Positions 28,627 through 42,368 of a DNA stretch of 64,000 nucleotides are shown here, in pieces (the first letter of the stretch is position 1; every line of letters begins with the position of its first letter). Origin of the DNA: Paramecium tetraurelia. Lineage: Eukaryota. The notes beneath the pieces were generated by a model that saw nothing but the letters and a program-made list of their open reading frames with translations, made no database searches and had not been told where the DNA came from. The DNA is taken from the NCBI GenBank assembly GCA_000165425.1, contig CT868374.1, positions 124,001-188,000 on the forward strand, given 5' to 3'. The translations under genes and the position numbers were made by a program.

Positions 28627-29100
28627 GATAAAAAATAAATTCAAAGAACAAAATACTTATCTAACACATTTAGGTATCGATTGAACAAATTAGAAGAAAA
28701 TAGTCTTTAATAACATAATTTTATTTTAATTTATAATGAAAATATATATCTCGATTACAATCTGCTTCCTATTGGGTATCAAGGTGTCGCAACTATTGAT
28801 ATCGAGGGGACATGGAGTAAAAAATTATAAATAGTAAATGAGATCACGAAGTTGACAGATGTGAATGTAGCAAATAGTGAAAATTTATTAATAAATGTAC
28901 GGTATTATATTTGTAAACAAATCAATTGATGTTAAGCTTAGTTCTTCTCCAATGTCTACGTTTTGAATTGTACCTAGTAAAGTCTTATTTTCATTCAATA
29001 CCTGATTGTGTTATCAGTTCTATATCTAAACCAATTTGGAAGAGGTCTATTTTGCTTATTAGCTTTAATCAATCTCTTCTTCATTCTCAATGATTTATGA
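28627..29100 (+). pseudogene. possible decayed gene
   Basis: Coding-like frame ENIYLDYNLLPIGYQGVATIDIEGTW with no in-frame ATG and an internal TGA. Confidence 0.3.
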
Positions 29101-29297
29101 GCTCCCTAAATAAACATAAGTGAAAGTCAATACCATTTTAAATCTTTTTTTAATTTATTTAATAATTATTCCTCATATATTTCTTAATCATTTCCAAATC
29201 CACGCCTTTGAATCCACAATTTACACAGTGACTAAGTGACAAGACAGAAAAGGAACAATAAAAATTCAAATCTAAACAGAGCAATTATTAATAGAAA

Positions 29298-30590
<1,293 letters not shown>

Positions 30591-30660
30591 CTTTAAGGAT
30601 TATTATTAATTATAATTAAAATACTATACAAATCAGATTAATGCAATTTAGAAACCCCTT

Positions 30661-30684
30661 TATATATATATATATATATATATA
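30661..30684. repeat. (TA)12 microsatellite
   Basis: Direct inspection; lies between the PKA-like start and the RPL15 stop. Confidence 0.9.
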
Positions 30685-30760
30685 GATAAAAAGTAAAAAG
30701 AATAATCTAGTGTAAATTGACTGATTAATTGTACTTTGAGTATACAAAAAAATAAAAAAA

Positions 30761-31426
30761 TCATCTAAATCTTCTAAGGGAAATTCTATTTCTTCTTGCA
30801 TAATTGGCTCTTCTTGAAGGTCTTGTTTAATTGTTACGATGACCTTTAACTCTGAGTCCTCTGCTCTTTCTGCCAGCGGATGTCAATCCTTAAATAATTA
30901 ATGATTCACAAAACCTCTTAATTCTCTATGTTTGTGAACTGGCTTGGTAATCCAATTGATTCTTGAATCACCTCTGATGGCTGGATGGAATGGATCGACT
31001 GTAATGATTTCGTAGTATTTATATGTGCCATCTTAAGCAACCCAATAGGAATTCAAGACTCTCAAGGCTCCAATTTTTCTTCCCACTCTTTCTTCTGCAA
31101 CAGACCTGAGATTTCTTGTTGGCTTCAATTAATTAACTCCTTGACTCTTGGGTTTTCCTTTGACAAGTCCCTTTCTAATGAGCAATTTTCTACCACCTCT
31201 TCGTACTCTCACTCTATAAATTACATAGCCTTAATGATGATCATAATGAATTACCTTGTTTGGCTTTGTAACCCAATCTCCTAGCCTTGTCTGGTCGACT
31301 TGGCCTGGTGGCTCTGTGAATTACAGGCAATTGTCTGTATTCCCATGTTCTAATTCTCATGATGAAGCTCAACACATCTGATTGTTTCTTTTTCCAAAGT
31401 TCTTGTAAATACTTGTATGCTCCCAT
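30761..31426 (-). CDS. RPL15: 60S ribosomal protein eL15
   Basis: [18 protein letters not shown]...[21 protein letters not shown]; 2 tiny introns. Confidence 0.97.
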
Positions 31427-31501
31427 TTGAATGTTAAAAAAGATTTTTATTTATGAATAATTTTCAAATCCCCATAAAGAAGCCACAATATATAAATTTA
31501 A

Positions 31502-33203
31502 TCATTTCTTTAATTTTTATAACATTTCTTAATTTGCTGTGAGTAACAATTAAATTCGTTCATCCAAAGATTATTCTTCCTAAGGTTCATTCACTTCTTG
31601 ACAACTGTACTTCCCACTATAAACGAGGAATCTTTAATTTTTTTCCATTTCTTGTTCAATCCAAGAGGACAGTTGAGTGGAATGAGATTCCCTTTACTAA
31701 AATATCTCTGGAATGATGTACGACTCTTCTGCCAGTTTCAAACAATATTGCATATAAACCAGCAATTCAGGTTGAAAATATTCAAGGTAGTGATTATAAG
31801 TGATACACAATCTATCATCCTAGACTGGACAGAACTCTACGTTATTAATCAATCCAAATTAAGAAATTATTTTGATAGTACAAGGTGGAGGATACTTAAA
31901 TGTGATCACAGTCCTATCAACAAACTTAGCCTTCACTGTCCCATTCTTTAATAATAAGAATTCCCCAACTTCCCGTAAATCAACCTTCCTTAACTCTTCG
32001 AAATTTCCTTATTCTACTCTATAATACTCAACAGGCTTTTGCTTCTCCTATAGTTAGGTGATGATCAAATTCATATTTGATTTGTATTTCGTATTTATAA
32101 GTTTGCAATATACATCAAAGGCACTTAGATTGTATTTATCATTCTAGTTTATTGTTATATTATTTACATATATTGATTACTCCCATTTCTATTATCCATA
32201 TTCCCAAAATATCCCATCTCTAAGTAAAAGTTACTCATTAATCAATCCGATCCCTCCATCTACTTAAAACCAAAATTAGGCTTAGTTTGTAAACATAAAG
32301 ATTGGTCTTCCCAAATTAATTTAACTAATCTTATTCATGATTGGAGACACATTGTCATTCACTTGTATAGTCTTAATAGGTTGATCTATTAAGATTTTAG
32401 TAACCAACTAATCCTTTATTTTATAGCAATTGTACGTCTCATAAAAATAGTCTTACATTTCCTCCTATTCATTCAGGATGTATTCTATCAATTCTGTTGG
32501 AAATTAGATGTCTAGATATTATACTATTTGATTTATATAACAAAATACATACATTTTTCGTTATTTAAGAAATCTTTTACTAAAACAAAGAAGGGTGCTA
32601 TCCATTAGATTGGAAAGTTGATCAAACTGTATTCTTTATTGAGAATTCTATATGTGTACCCTATTCCACAATCTATGCTGGCTGCTGTTGATTTGGTACC
32701 CCCAAGATTATATTTCTTAATGAAATTATTCACAAAATTGGTTTCATTTTCAATTTCCTTAACAACAGCTACAGTTTAATTACAAGAATAGTATTGCAAA
32801 GATATTTAGAATGTTTATAGATTCAATTTCATTAAGGCATAACCATCTATTGATTTTAATATAGCATAGTCATTCTCAATTTAATATTCGAGTGGCCAAA
32901 TCTATTATTATGATTAATGAGTAATACAATAGTTTAAATTTTCTTCATCTTAACTGCCTCTTCATAAATTATTTAATCGGAATTGAGATACGTATACTTG
33001 GATGCCACCTATAGCACTTCTTTGACCTTCTCTTGTATGTTGTCGTATTTTCTACAATTCTCCACTTTGATTCTGCTTCTCTCTCCTTTGCTATTAAAAT
33101 AACTTAGAGTCCCTGCGTTTGAATATATCAATGCCGATTAATCCTTAAATACGGCATGTATTGAATCATCAAATTATATGAATTCTTTTATAAATTCAAA
33201 CAT
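31502..33203 (-). CDS. hypothetical protein, C5orf34-like
   Basis: N-terminal FDDSIHAVFKDQSAL and VGEFLLLKNGTVKAKFVDRTVI recall C5orf34 motifs (from memory). Confidence 0.55.
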
Positions 33204-33272
33204 AAATTATCAATAATTTATTTTCGTTAGAATATTTGGAAATTGAGTATGAAATAAAAAGTAAAAAAGAAA

Positions 33273-33345
33273 CACCCATGGCAGGGATTGAACCTGCAGC
33301 CTACAGCTTAGAAGGCTGTCGCGCTACCAATTGCGCCACATGGGC
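33273..33345 (-). tRNA. tRNA-Arg (anticodon UCU), intronless
   Basis: GCCCATG/CATGGGT acceptor stem, anticodon arm ACAGC-CTTCTAA-GCTGT, GGTTCAATCC T-arm, downstream T runs. Confidence 0.95.
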
Positions 33346-33439
33346 ATCTGTACTAATATCGATTAATTGTTGTAATAACAATATTAGGGTATGAACTATA
33401 GAACATATTAGAAAAGTATAGATAAATTTAATAATTTAT

Positions 33440-34327
33440 TCATCCTAAAAAAATTTGAACTATTGCTTAGAAAGTATCATACATTTTAACTATTTCACTC
33501 ATAAACTAATTGTAATAGGTGGCTTCAATTTTGCCCTTTAGAAAAGTATATTGATAATAAATACTTCATCGCCACACAGAAAGCACCTCTTCTGATATCC
33601 TTTGTTGCAAGTGCCACAATAAGTATGAGCGCAAGGGATTATGGTGACTGCATCATTTACAAATTTCCCACAATATTTACAGAGCAACGCTTGATGAAGG
33701 TGAATCTAAATGTTAAATCTCTCTCTTACTGTTTATTATTACAATAGCTTCGCCTTTTATTCAAACTACTTAAACTTCTCTTAAATCGAGCTATTCTGCT
33801 CTTAGGTTCTCCATAATTAATGTTCTGCCCTATGCAATTGCTCCTTCAACTCCGTTTCTAATGAATTCATCTACTTTTTAATAGTCAAAACATCATTTTC
33901 CTATTTATCTTCCTCGAGACTTTCGTATGCCAATTTTAGAGATAAGAATTTTCTTTCAAGTTGCTCCATCATCTTCTATTGCTCTTGATTTTTTTCTTGC
34001 AATTCCTAACATTCTCTCTCCTGAGTATATACAAAATTAATCATATACTTTTTCATGATACTTTTATTCCCAATTACAAGGTATTTCAAATTGCTAAATT
34101 GGATTCACCAATGAATTAAACAATTTCTTTTAGACTAGTTTCTTAAAAACCGGCATCTATTTAAAACTAGGCTAAGTTTTTTGTCTCTTGGTTTAAACAC
34201 TTAATCCTTATTATTTAACTCCCACATCTTCTGAAGTCTTATACGATCTAATGTCAAACTTAAATGTTGTTTTAGATAATATTTTTGGAGTGCTTTGATC
34301 AAGTGCCGGAAATCTTTATGAAAACAT
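33440..34327 (-). CDS. coiled-coil plus C3HC4 RING finger protein
   Basis: CKYC...PCAHTYCGTC...CFLC after a coiled coil. Confidence 0.82.
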
Positions 34328-34382
34328 TATGTAAATTTTAATTATTAGTAATTTATATTTTTGAGTAATTATAAAAACAAAA

Positions 34383-35505
34383 TCATTTCCAAAGTTCAAT
34401 CGTTCTCCAAATCAGAATACTCCCATTTGGCCAACTAAACAGACGATTTCTTTTTGAAATTTAACTATTATTTCGCAGGCTTGTTGACCATTCCCCTTTG
34501 AGGGATATCCTATATGTAATTCGCTTTTTATTTTCTCACATACACAGGTCTCCCTTAAGGTGATGATGAAATCGTTTTCAATCTATCAAGTATTTTACAC
34601 TTTTCAACATTTAATCCCAAAACATATGCCGTGGGTTTCACCAAACAAATTTTCTTACACTTTTGAAATGATGAATTCACTCTTGATTAAGGTGGCCTAT
34701 TAGTATAGATTTCTTGATTCTTAAGTTGAAATATTGGGGATTAAGTGCAATTATCAGTTTAAATAGTTCTAAATTAACTTGACTCTGGTATTTTACATGT
34801 TAAACTCCTGTTTCGAATTTATAACATCCTTTCTAAGATCTTATTCTTAAAATCAATGTTTTTATAAATCCCTTATTGATTTTATTCACTCAGAGGCAGA
34901 GCTTTGTATTTCTAATTGAATAATTTACTAAATTGTGTCTGTCTCGATTGGATTGACTTCGTGGTATTATTCAAATTCTACATTTATAAATTTGCTGGAT
35001 AACGAGTAGGTAAATAACTTGGATGATAATAGTCTCTTTGAGTTATGTGATAAAGCGAAAATTAGGATTTTTTTCTATTCTCTTTTACACATTACTTAGC
35101 CAACAAATAACTTAGATTAAATTTTTTAGCAGGACTACTCTCTTCTGTTAAACTTATTGTAAAGGGTCTTTTAATTTGTGCTAGATCATCTGCTCTATTT
35201 ATCGACAAAAATAGTCTACCCGTAAAGATCTATTGTTTTGCTCATGTATATAGATTAGTAATAAAATTATATAAATAATATTAAATTCAAGCCTTTCATA
35301 AGCATGCCAAACTTAATAGTATAATTGACTACATTTGTATTTAATTTCATCCTGAAGACATTTTCTTTTAACCTTAATAAAATTCAAATAATTGAATTAC
35401 TCTAATATCGACAAAATCATTGTCTCTAAATTAATTATAGATATAAAGTTATGTATTATTATTTTATACTTTGTTCAATATCAAAATTATGGGTGAAAAT
35501 TTCAT
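34383..35505 (-). CDS. hypothetical low-complexity protein (start uncertain)
   Basis: Long ciliate-code frame ending WEYSDLENDWTLEM-region TGA at 34383; one 28-nt intron near the 5' end. Confidence 0.5.
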
Positions 35506-35636
35506 AATAAGTTGAAATGAAACTATTTGTGAATTGTTTTCACTAATTTTATTTTATATCTAAATAACATACCAATTAGATATCAAAAATTATAACTGCA
35601 ATAGATACATATATATAACATGAATAGATTAATTAT

Positions 35637-35992
35637 TCATTTAACATTCTTCTAAAAATCATTAATAAATCCTTCAACAGTAGATTTTGCATTCTAAATA
35701 CATTAGTCTTATGAAGATGTCTTGATACATTATTCAAATTGAATTCCCATAAAGAGCATTTTAAAATCAAAGGCCTTCATTTACTTATCAACATTTTTGC
35801 TTCTCTGATACATACCTTTTGAAATTTATCAATTGATTTACATTGTGCATATTTCTCAATATTTTTGCCATTTTAACTCATACATTGTTCATGATATTGC
35901 TTAGGAATATTCTAGACTATTTCTTCAAATCCTCTTTAAACGACATCCAAGGTTTTTTATAATTATTGATGAACTGCGCCTGCTCCACTCAT
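35637..35992 (-). CDS. small 4-Cys helical protein (C-x13-C-x28-C-x8-C), FAM136A-like, paralog B
   Basis: MSGAGAVHQQ...; 26-nt intron splits the 2nd Cys codon. Confidence 0.7.
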
Positions 35993-36026
35993 ACCAGAAA
36001 TAAATTTTAATTAAAAAAAATAACAC

Positions 36027-36413
36027 TCATTAGTTTTTGGATGTTAATTCAAGAGTCTTTAAAAAGTCCTATTGGATCTGCAGAATATTATTGATAGCTG
36101 ATTATTGACACTAACTTCTTTCGTTTATGTTGAGACATTCAGCAATTTCATTTTTCAAGTAATTAATTTTAAACTCCATTTTCTTTTCTTCCTTACTTTA
36201 TCTTTTTTAGAAATTCATCATGCCTTGCATATTTATCAATAATTTACACTTCACAAATTCAAAACTATTCCCCTTATTTTCCTAAAAGCACAAGTTTTCT
36301 TAATTTTGATATTTCTCAACTATTTAAGTCAAGAAATTTGAAGTTGTAAAATCAATAACCTCATTTCTGATTTCTTGGAATAGTTTATTTGTCTCATCTT
36401 CATTTCGATTCAT
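36027..36413 (-). CDS. small 4-Cys helical protein (C-x13-C-x28-C-x8-C), FAM136A-like, paralog A
   Basis: MNRNEDETNKLF...; 24-nt intron splits the 2nd Cys codon. Confidence 0.7.
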
Positions 36414-36525
36414 GGTCAATCAATAATTGCAAATATAAATTATTAAAAATAATGTCTTAGTACACGAATACTCAATCAAAAATGTAAAGAAAGTTTATAT
36501 TTTAAGAATTATATATATTTTTTAT

Positions 36526-37035
36526 ATGATCAAATTAATAGACCTAGAAGGGTGGTCAGATTATTCAATATCTCCATATATAAATTAATTAAAATAACTT
36601 TCAGAATCACCTGAAATCACACCAACAAAAAGGGAGAAATTACACAGGCTTCCTTCAATTCAATAAAAAAAACTGGAATGTTATGAAATTCAGAATTATA
36701 AATCAGGATATTTTGCAAATCGAAAATAAATAGGATATCAAGTCGTTAGTGAAGAAAGGAAATCTCAAAAACTAACAAAACAATACACTAGAGTCCAATA
36801 GTAATAATATTAATTTCAAGAATTGTCCTCCTTTGTAGAATCTCCGAAGAAACCAAAAAAAATGAAAGAATTATAGGATTGCCTATTTTAGAGAAGATCC
36901 TATAGATTGAAGATAAAGAACAAAATGCTAAATTTAACTCAGAAATCACCTCTCAAAAATATATCTTAACTATTACGAAAACTCAACAGTGAAGTCATAA
37001 ATAAGAATGATTTAGTATAAATTTTGGATAAATGA
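36526..37035 (+). CDS. hypothetical protein (169 aa)
   Basis: Uninterrupted ORF MIKLIDLEGWSDYS...ILDK*. Confidence 0.6.
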
Positions 37036-37042
37036 AATTTGA

Positions 37043-37510
37043 TCATTAATGATATCGGCATACCGGACAAACTTTACTTCTTTTTTACCATTATTATAAA
37101 CAATTCTTATGAAAGACATGGCAACACTGTAAGAGTCCCTTCTGATCATTTAGTTGAATATCCATAAGGCATATGGAGCATTCTTAAGGCTTGTAGGCCT
37201 ATTACTTGTCTATCATCTTCTTAACAACACATTCGCGAAAATGCTCTTACTAGAACTTTTTGAATATTTTATCTTTGCAAAATTCGCATTGACTATCCTC
37301 TTAATCTACAAGTGCAAATGCTTAACAAACATTAAGATGGTTTAAAATTAGTTTCTTTAGTTATTTTTCTCCACAATATCTACAAATAATAATTTAATTA
37401 TCAATCCCACAAGTTTCCATATGTTTAACCAACCCACATTTAGGATACTGGTCTTTACAATTACTACATTCCTGTAATTTATATTAACTATCCTTAAACT
37501 TCATATCCAT
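37043..37510 (-). CDS. zinc-finger (TRAF-like CxxC..H..C x3) plus RING-H2 E3 ligase
   Basis: CSICL...QCCHVFHKNCLQQW...CPVCR; three upstream CxxC-x-H-xxx-C units. Confidence 0.85.
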
Positions 37511-37679
37511 ATTTTATAATAATGTATTTTGGAATAAAAATATTATAATAAATTACCCACTTCCAGATCCAAGCTCAGATTTCAGTAACAGATTGAATTG
37601 ATTTAGACATTGTGATACAATTAAATAATAGTAAAAGTTATGAACTTTAAATAATGTACTTAAATATGATGTTATTGAA

Positions 37680-38212
37680 TCAAAATAAAACAAATTGCTT
37701 TCTGACATTACCAATGATTTCATTTGGGATAACTTTCAAAACATTGAATCTCACTGTTTTAGACAATGGTCTATCATTGTTAATCTTAATACCTGCATTA
37801 TCCACATACAACAATATCACCTTCCTTGACTGGGCCAAAAGCTCGGTGAAATGTGCACTGGAACATTTCTATGTCTCTTCTCATATCTATTATATTTGGC
37901 AACATAGATGTAAATAATCTCTTCTAATAATAATTGTTCTGGTCATTTTGGTTGAGATGACTATACCTCTGTAATTACACTATTTCTATATATGTACTTT
38001 AAGATTGCTCCTCTAACACTAACACTCCCAGTAAATGGGCACTTCTTATCAATATAATGTCCTTCAATAGCTTCCTTGGGTACTTTGAATCCAAGTCCAA
38101 CTTCTTTCCAATATCTCACTCCTTTAGATGTTTTCTTCGCTAAAAGCTTTTTAGAATTTTAGAAGATGCCCTCTTGCTTCTAAAAGGCTCTTTATGTCTA
38201 GAGGTCTGCCAT
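37680..38212 (-). CDS. RPS11: 40S ribosomal protein uS17 (S11)
   Basis: [48 protein letters not shown]. Confidence 0.97.
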
Positions 38213-38819
38213 TATGTATATTTTAAAATAAATGATATAAATTTTTATGCTTTTCATAACAAATTGTTACAAACTTCTATCGTCCCAATACTGCGATTAA
38301 TTTTTATAATTAAATTCAAAAAATAAGAATTGTTTGAGATAATTTTACCCACTAAAATTTAAATCCCTAATATTTATCCTAAATCAATGAAACTTTGCTA
38401 TTTTTATATAATTGGTACTAATTATTGAAGACGAATAATTGAATTGTGACTTTTATTATGTTATATTCAGAAAGATAAGTTTGCTCTTCTTTAATCTGAA
38501 TATTCTTAATAATTTTGGATATTTAAAATTGGAGAATTCTAATGGAAGTATATTCAATAACAAGGAGGCATTTGTTGCAATTATATTTTAGACATTAAAA
38601 CTAATAATTAAAGAATTATTTAAATATCAATTAGATCTATTAAAATATTATAACTTAATAGATCATTTAACAAACCATTTTATTTATTATAATGTAAATA
38701 TTTAATTGTTAAAATTGCTGTCGATCTGAAATAACAAAATAATAGAATTTTAAACTACCAAAACTTTGAATGCGTTGTTATTTATGAAAATTATTAAAAT
38801 AAAATAATTAATAAAATCA

Positions 38820-40060
38820 GTATAATATTACTCATATATTTTAATATTTTGTACTCAAAAGGAGATGTTTATTTGCAACAGATTATTATGAAGTTCTATT
38901 CCTATCGATGAAATTTTTTTAAATTTCCTCGGGATCCAACTATGCTGATACTCTTATTTAGGTACTATGAGATTGTCTGTGAGATGAAGTTTATAACCAT
39001 TTTTTATTCACGTTTAAATTTGAATCATTTTGGTTTAAGTAATGCTAGAGTCTTGCAGGAGAATATTGGCTGGAAATGCTTTAGTATCTCTTTGGAGGAG
39101 TATATTTAACACTTTTTGTATCATCAAATTAACATCTATGTTATTTTGGAAAATTGTTCTTTGATGTCTAATTTTGATTTTAAAGTTATTTTTTTTGTTT
39201 TTCATTTTATTTCTTTACTAATAGTTAAAAGGAACATGAAGCTAAATTATAATTTATTGATTTGCTCAATTAGGAATGCATGATACTTGGATTCTAAGTG
39301 ATTTGTGATGTTGATTTTTATTCTTGATTGATAGGTTTTAGCTTCGAAGTATTTATTTCAGATAACGAATTTTACCATAAAGTAACCATATCTTTTTCTA
39401 CATATTTGTCTTGAGTCATATCAATCAAACTAATAAGATGTGCACTCTCACTTATTCTTAACATTTTACTTATTCTAAATTTATGCTATTACTAAGTAGT
39501 ATTAGGCTTGTTATATCTAGATCAATATTAAGAGTCTATATTTCATTAGATTCTCTTAATGGGTCTTGTAACTATCTTGTTGTCATTAAAATTATGTTTA
39601 TATTATAATTTATTCTTGGAATAAGAGACTCTCTTCTATTTAGTAGTAGCATTCAGAGATACATCTATCCAAAGCAAACCTTGGGATTAGTCGAATTGCT
39701 GAAGAAACTCTTTAAGTAAGAAATTTGCAAAGAAAGTCCAGAGAGTGAAGTCATTGCAGAAAAAACATTTGAAAGCATGAAATTAGCATTATAATTCATT
39801 GGCTGGATGATTCTGTATTACTTTGTGTAATGGTGCTTGAGTTTTGTGATAGGTGATATTGCTTCTTCCTTTTTATATTGGATATGTGTGATTGCCACTT
39901 ATTCGAAATATGCAGCAGGTATGTGGATAAGGACTTAGGAAGTAACATAAGAAGCAATAAAGATGGAAACGAATTTTTATTTAAATAGATCATTTGTTAG
40001 CTATTAGATAGATGAATCAGAAGTTCTATTGATGTTAGATTATTCTATGACGAGAATCAT
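38820..40060 (-). CDS. hypothetical gene or decayed gene (frames not joinable by eye)
   Basis: Two long frames (MILVIEQSN... and ...MTQDKYVEK...) with an unclear junction. Confidence 0.35.
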
Positions 40061-40075
40061 TTTTAGTGTGTTGTT

Positions 40076-40640
40076 TCAGTTATAATCCAACATTTTGTGC
40101 TTTGTTATAGGAAATTATTTGCCATTCCCAATAAATCTATTAAAAATACCAATATATTCATTATTCATTTCGATCCAAAACTTATCAGCCAAAATCCCAT
40201 ATAAGAAACATTTAGCTTACTTTTATAGTCAAAATGTGGGTTATTTGATCGGATTTAATTTTTTGTTTTCATGCTATCTACACATATCATCATTTCCCTT
40301 TTTTACAGGAATCCTATGGTTTATTATGCCATTGTACTTGTTAAATGCTATACCAATAGAACCCCCTAGATTTGAAAGCAATTTGCAGAATCTTAAAATT
40401 CAGGATTACTTAAATATTTGCAGTGCTTAAAGCGATTTATAACTAAAAAGAGATTCATATGTAACTCATCTTAATGTATAAATTTGATTCACTATTTTTA
40501 GAAATACTTTAATGATTAAAATTATGCATCAATTTGTGAAAATTAAACCTCATATATTTCAATGCCAACCCTTTTAGTGCCTTGGGTTTTATAAATTTTG
40601 TAGAAAATCATTTCGAAACTACAAGGACATCAACACGAAG
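40076..40640 (-). pseudogene. probable pseudogene of unknown family
   Basis: Coding-like frame LSNLGGSIGIAFN...PTF*LQKQAKCFLYG with internal TGA at 40229 and no clean start. Confidence 0.35.
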
Positions 40641-40688
40641 ATTGAGAATTTTATTATATCATTATATATCTATAAATATACAATATTA

Positions 40689-41234
40689 TCAATCAAAGTG
40701 GGGATTGTTTTAAGGGTTGTTTAAAAATAAAATACTGTATTCCCAATCAGCATCTTGTTCAAAGTCATCCTTTCCAAATTCACATTATTCAGTTGGATAA
40801 ATAGAATATGTAAATTTTTGATATTCATCTTCACTCTTATTTTGCTGAGTATTCTCAGAAACTTCTTAAGTTTACTATTAGTGTAGTTTTTCTTCCCTTT
40901 ATTTTTACTTATCAAGATTCATAGCCTTCCTAATTTTTGATTTATTTTTTTTCATATATGATCTTAAATATCCCATCTTTTTCTCAGAAATCTCCTCTAT
41001 ATTGATGATCAATTAGGCTTTATTAAAGATTTAAATGTAATCCTCCAAAGTTTTCTTTGGTACTCTCACTAGATCAGCTGCCTATTTTAAATTAACCTTT
41101 TTTAAAATTCCATTCTCTTCAATTCCATATCGGAATAAATATCTCCACTGTTGGACTCTATAGTAAGCATCTCCTATGCTTCTTTCCTTAACTCTTTTTG
41201 AAGTAATTTCAGGGTAAAAAGTGGTGCTATTCAT
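40689..41234 (-). CDS. ciliate-type helix-turn-helix protein (181 aa)
   Basis: KERSIGDAYYRVQQWR...LKQAADLVRVPKKTLEDY...KMGYLRSY; HTH pattern AA..V.V.KKTL.DY. Confidence 0.7.
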
Positions 41235-41659
41235 TAGAAGTAATTATTAAATTTTTAAATTCTACATTTGGATTTATAGACGAAGTTCTATATAAAAACT
41301 ACATTTCCATAAGAAATAATTCTCTTTAGTATGTATAAAAATAACAATCTACATGAATAAGATAGTTCATTTAGCTTATCTTACTAAAAAACACTTAAAT
41401 AGCTCAAGACTTATGAAATTCTAAATAGAATAATTTGTATTCTTAATTATTTTCTAATCAACTCCGAGAGAATTAATTCAAAAAAACATTAATTTACATC
41501 TTAAAGAAACATCATTTCTAGCAATTGATCTACCTTAATATACTTATTATTGTAAGTTTTCTTAATCATACAAAGAAGTCTATTAGATTATTTTTACACT
41601 ATATAAATATCCCTGATAATTCAAGAGGCATACTTCTTTATTTTCAATTTAAAAACTAT

Positions 41660-42110
41660 TCAAATTACTTCTATACATTTCAACGCTTAATTGTTGAAAG
41701 ATTAATCAGTATTGACTTATCCTAGAATATTGAAGATTTTTTCAAAAGCTTGTATTATTATTTTGTTGGTATCCATTTTCTTAAGGTTCACCGAATCAAA
41801 TACCTTTGTTTCTATCAAATCCTCTCAAAACTCATCTTTTTCATTAATATTTGGATGGAATATTTCAGTTAAGAATTACAAGCAAGGAGCCTTAAATGGA
41901 TAATTTTCAGGGAAAGTGAAGGACAATTTAAACCTTTTTCCTTGATAAGCTGTGTCTATTGGTCCTGCCACAATTGTAATTCATCCTACATTATTTATAT
42001 AAAATTTATAGAATAATCTATCATTAGTATCAGGTATTATTTACACTCTAGGAAGCGAATTAAATTAATGAAGTCTTTAAGTCTTTATTAAATCTGTTAT
42101 GCTTTTAAGA
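41660..42110 (-). pseudogene. ubiquitin-conjugating enzyme E2 pseudogene
   Basis: GPIDTAYQG..F.L.FTFPENYPFKAP...IFHPNIN; two in-frame TGAs (41981, 41825), a lost intron donor and frameshifts. Confidence 0.75.
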
Positions 42111-42368
42111 TAATAAATAAAAACTTTAAATCTTTTGTACTGCAATTATGTATTTCTTGGTAGAATATATCATTTTGAAATAGAAAACTTCAAATTATTC
42201 TTTAAATTATAGAATAATATTATCTCAACCAAATTAAGGAGATTATAGTAATCATTAAAAATTAGGTGTGTTTAGATCTTTAAAATTTTTGTTCCAAATG
42301 AAATCGCTTATGATTGAATAAATTAAAATATCATTATTGAAATTAATTTAGATAACTATATTAATTAT

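Noticed and set aside
37555..37620. GC-richer intergenic patch after RPS11 (possible snoRNA)
   Set aside because: No convincing C/D box pair or H/ACA hairpins found by eye
41825..41827. TGA exactly at the E2 catalytic Cys (HPNINEKDEF*EDL), suggesting a selenocysteine E2
   Set aside because: The same gene has a second TGA near a conserved Trp (41981), a mutated intron donor and frameshifts around KWIPTK. A pseudogene is far simpler, and I saw no SECIS.
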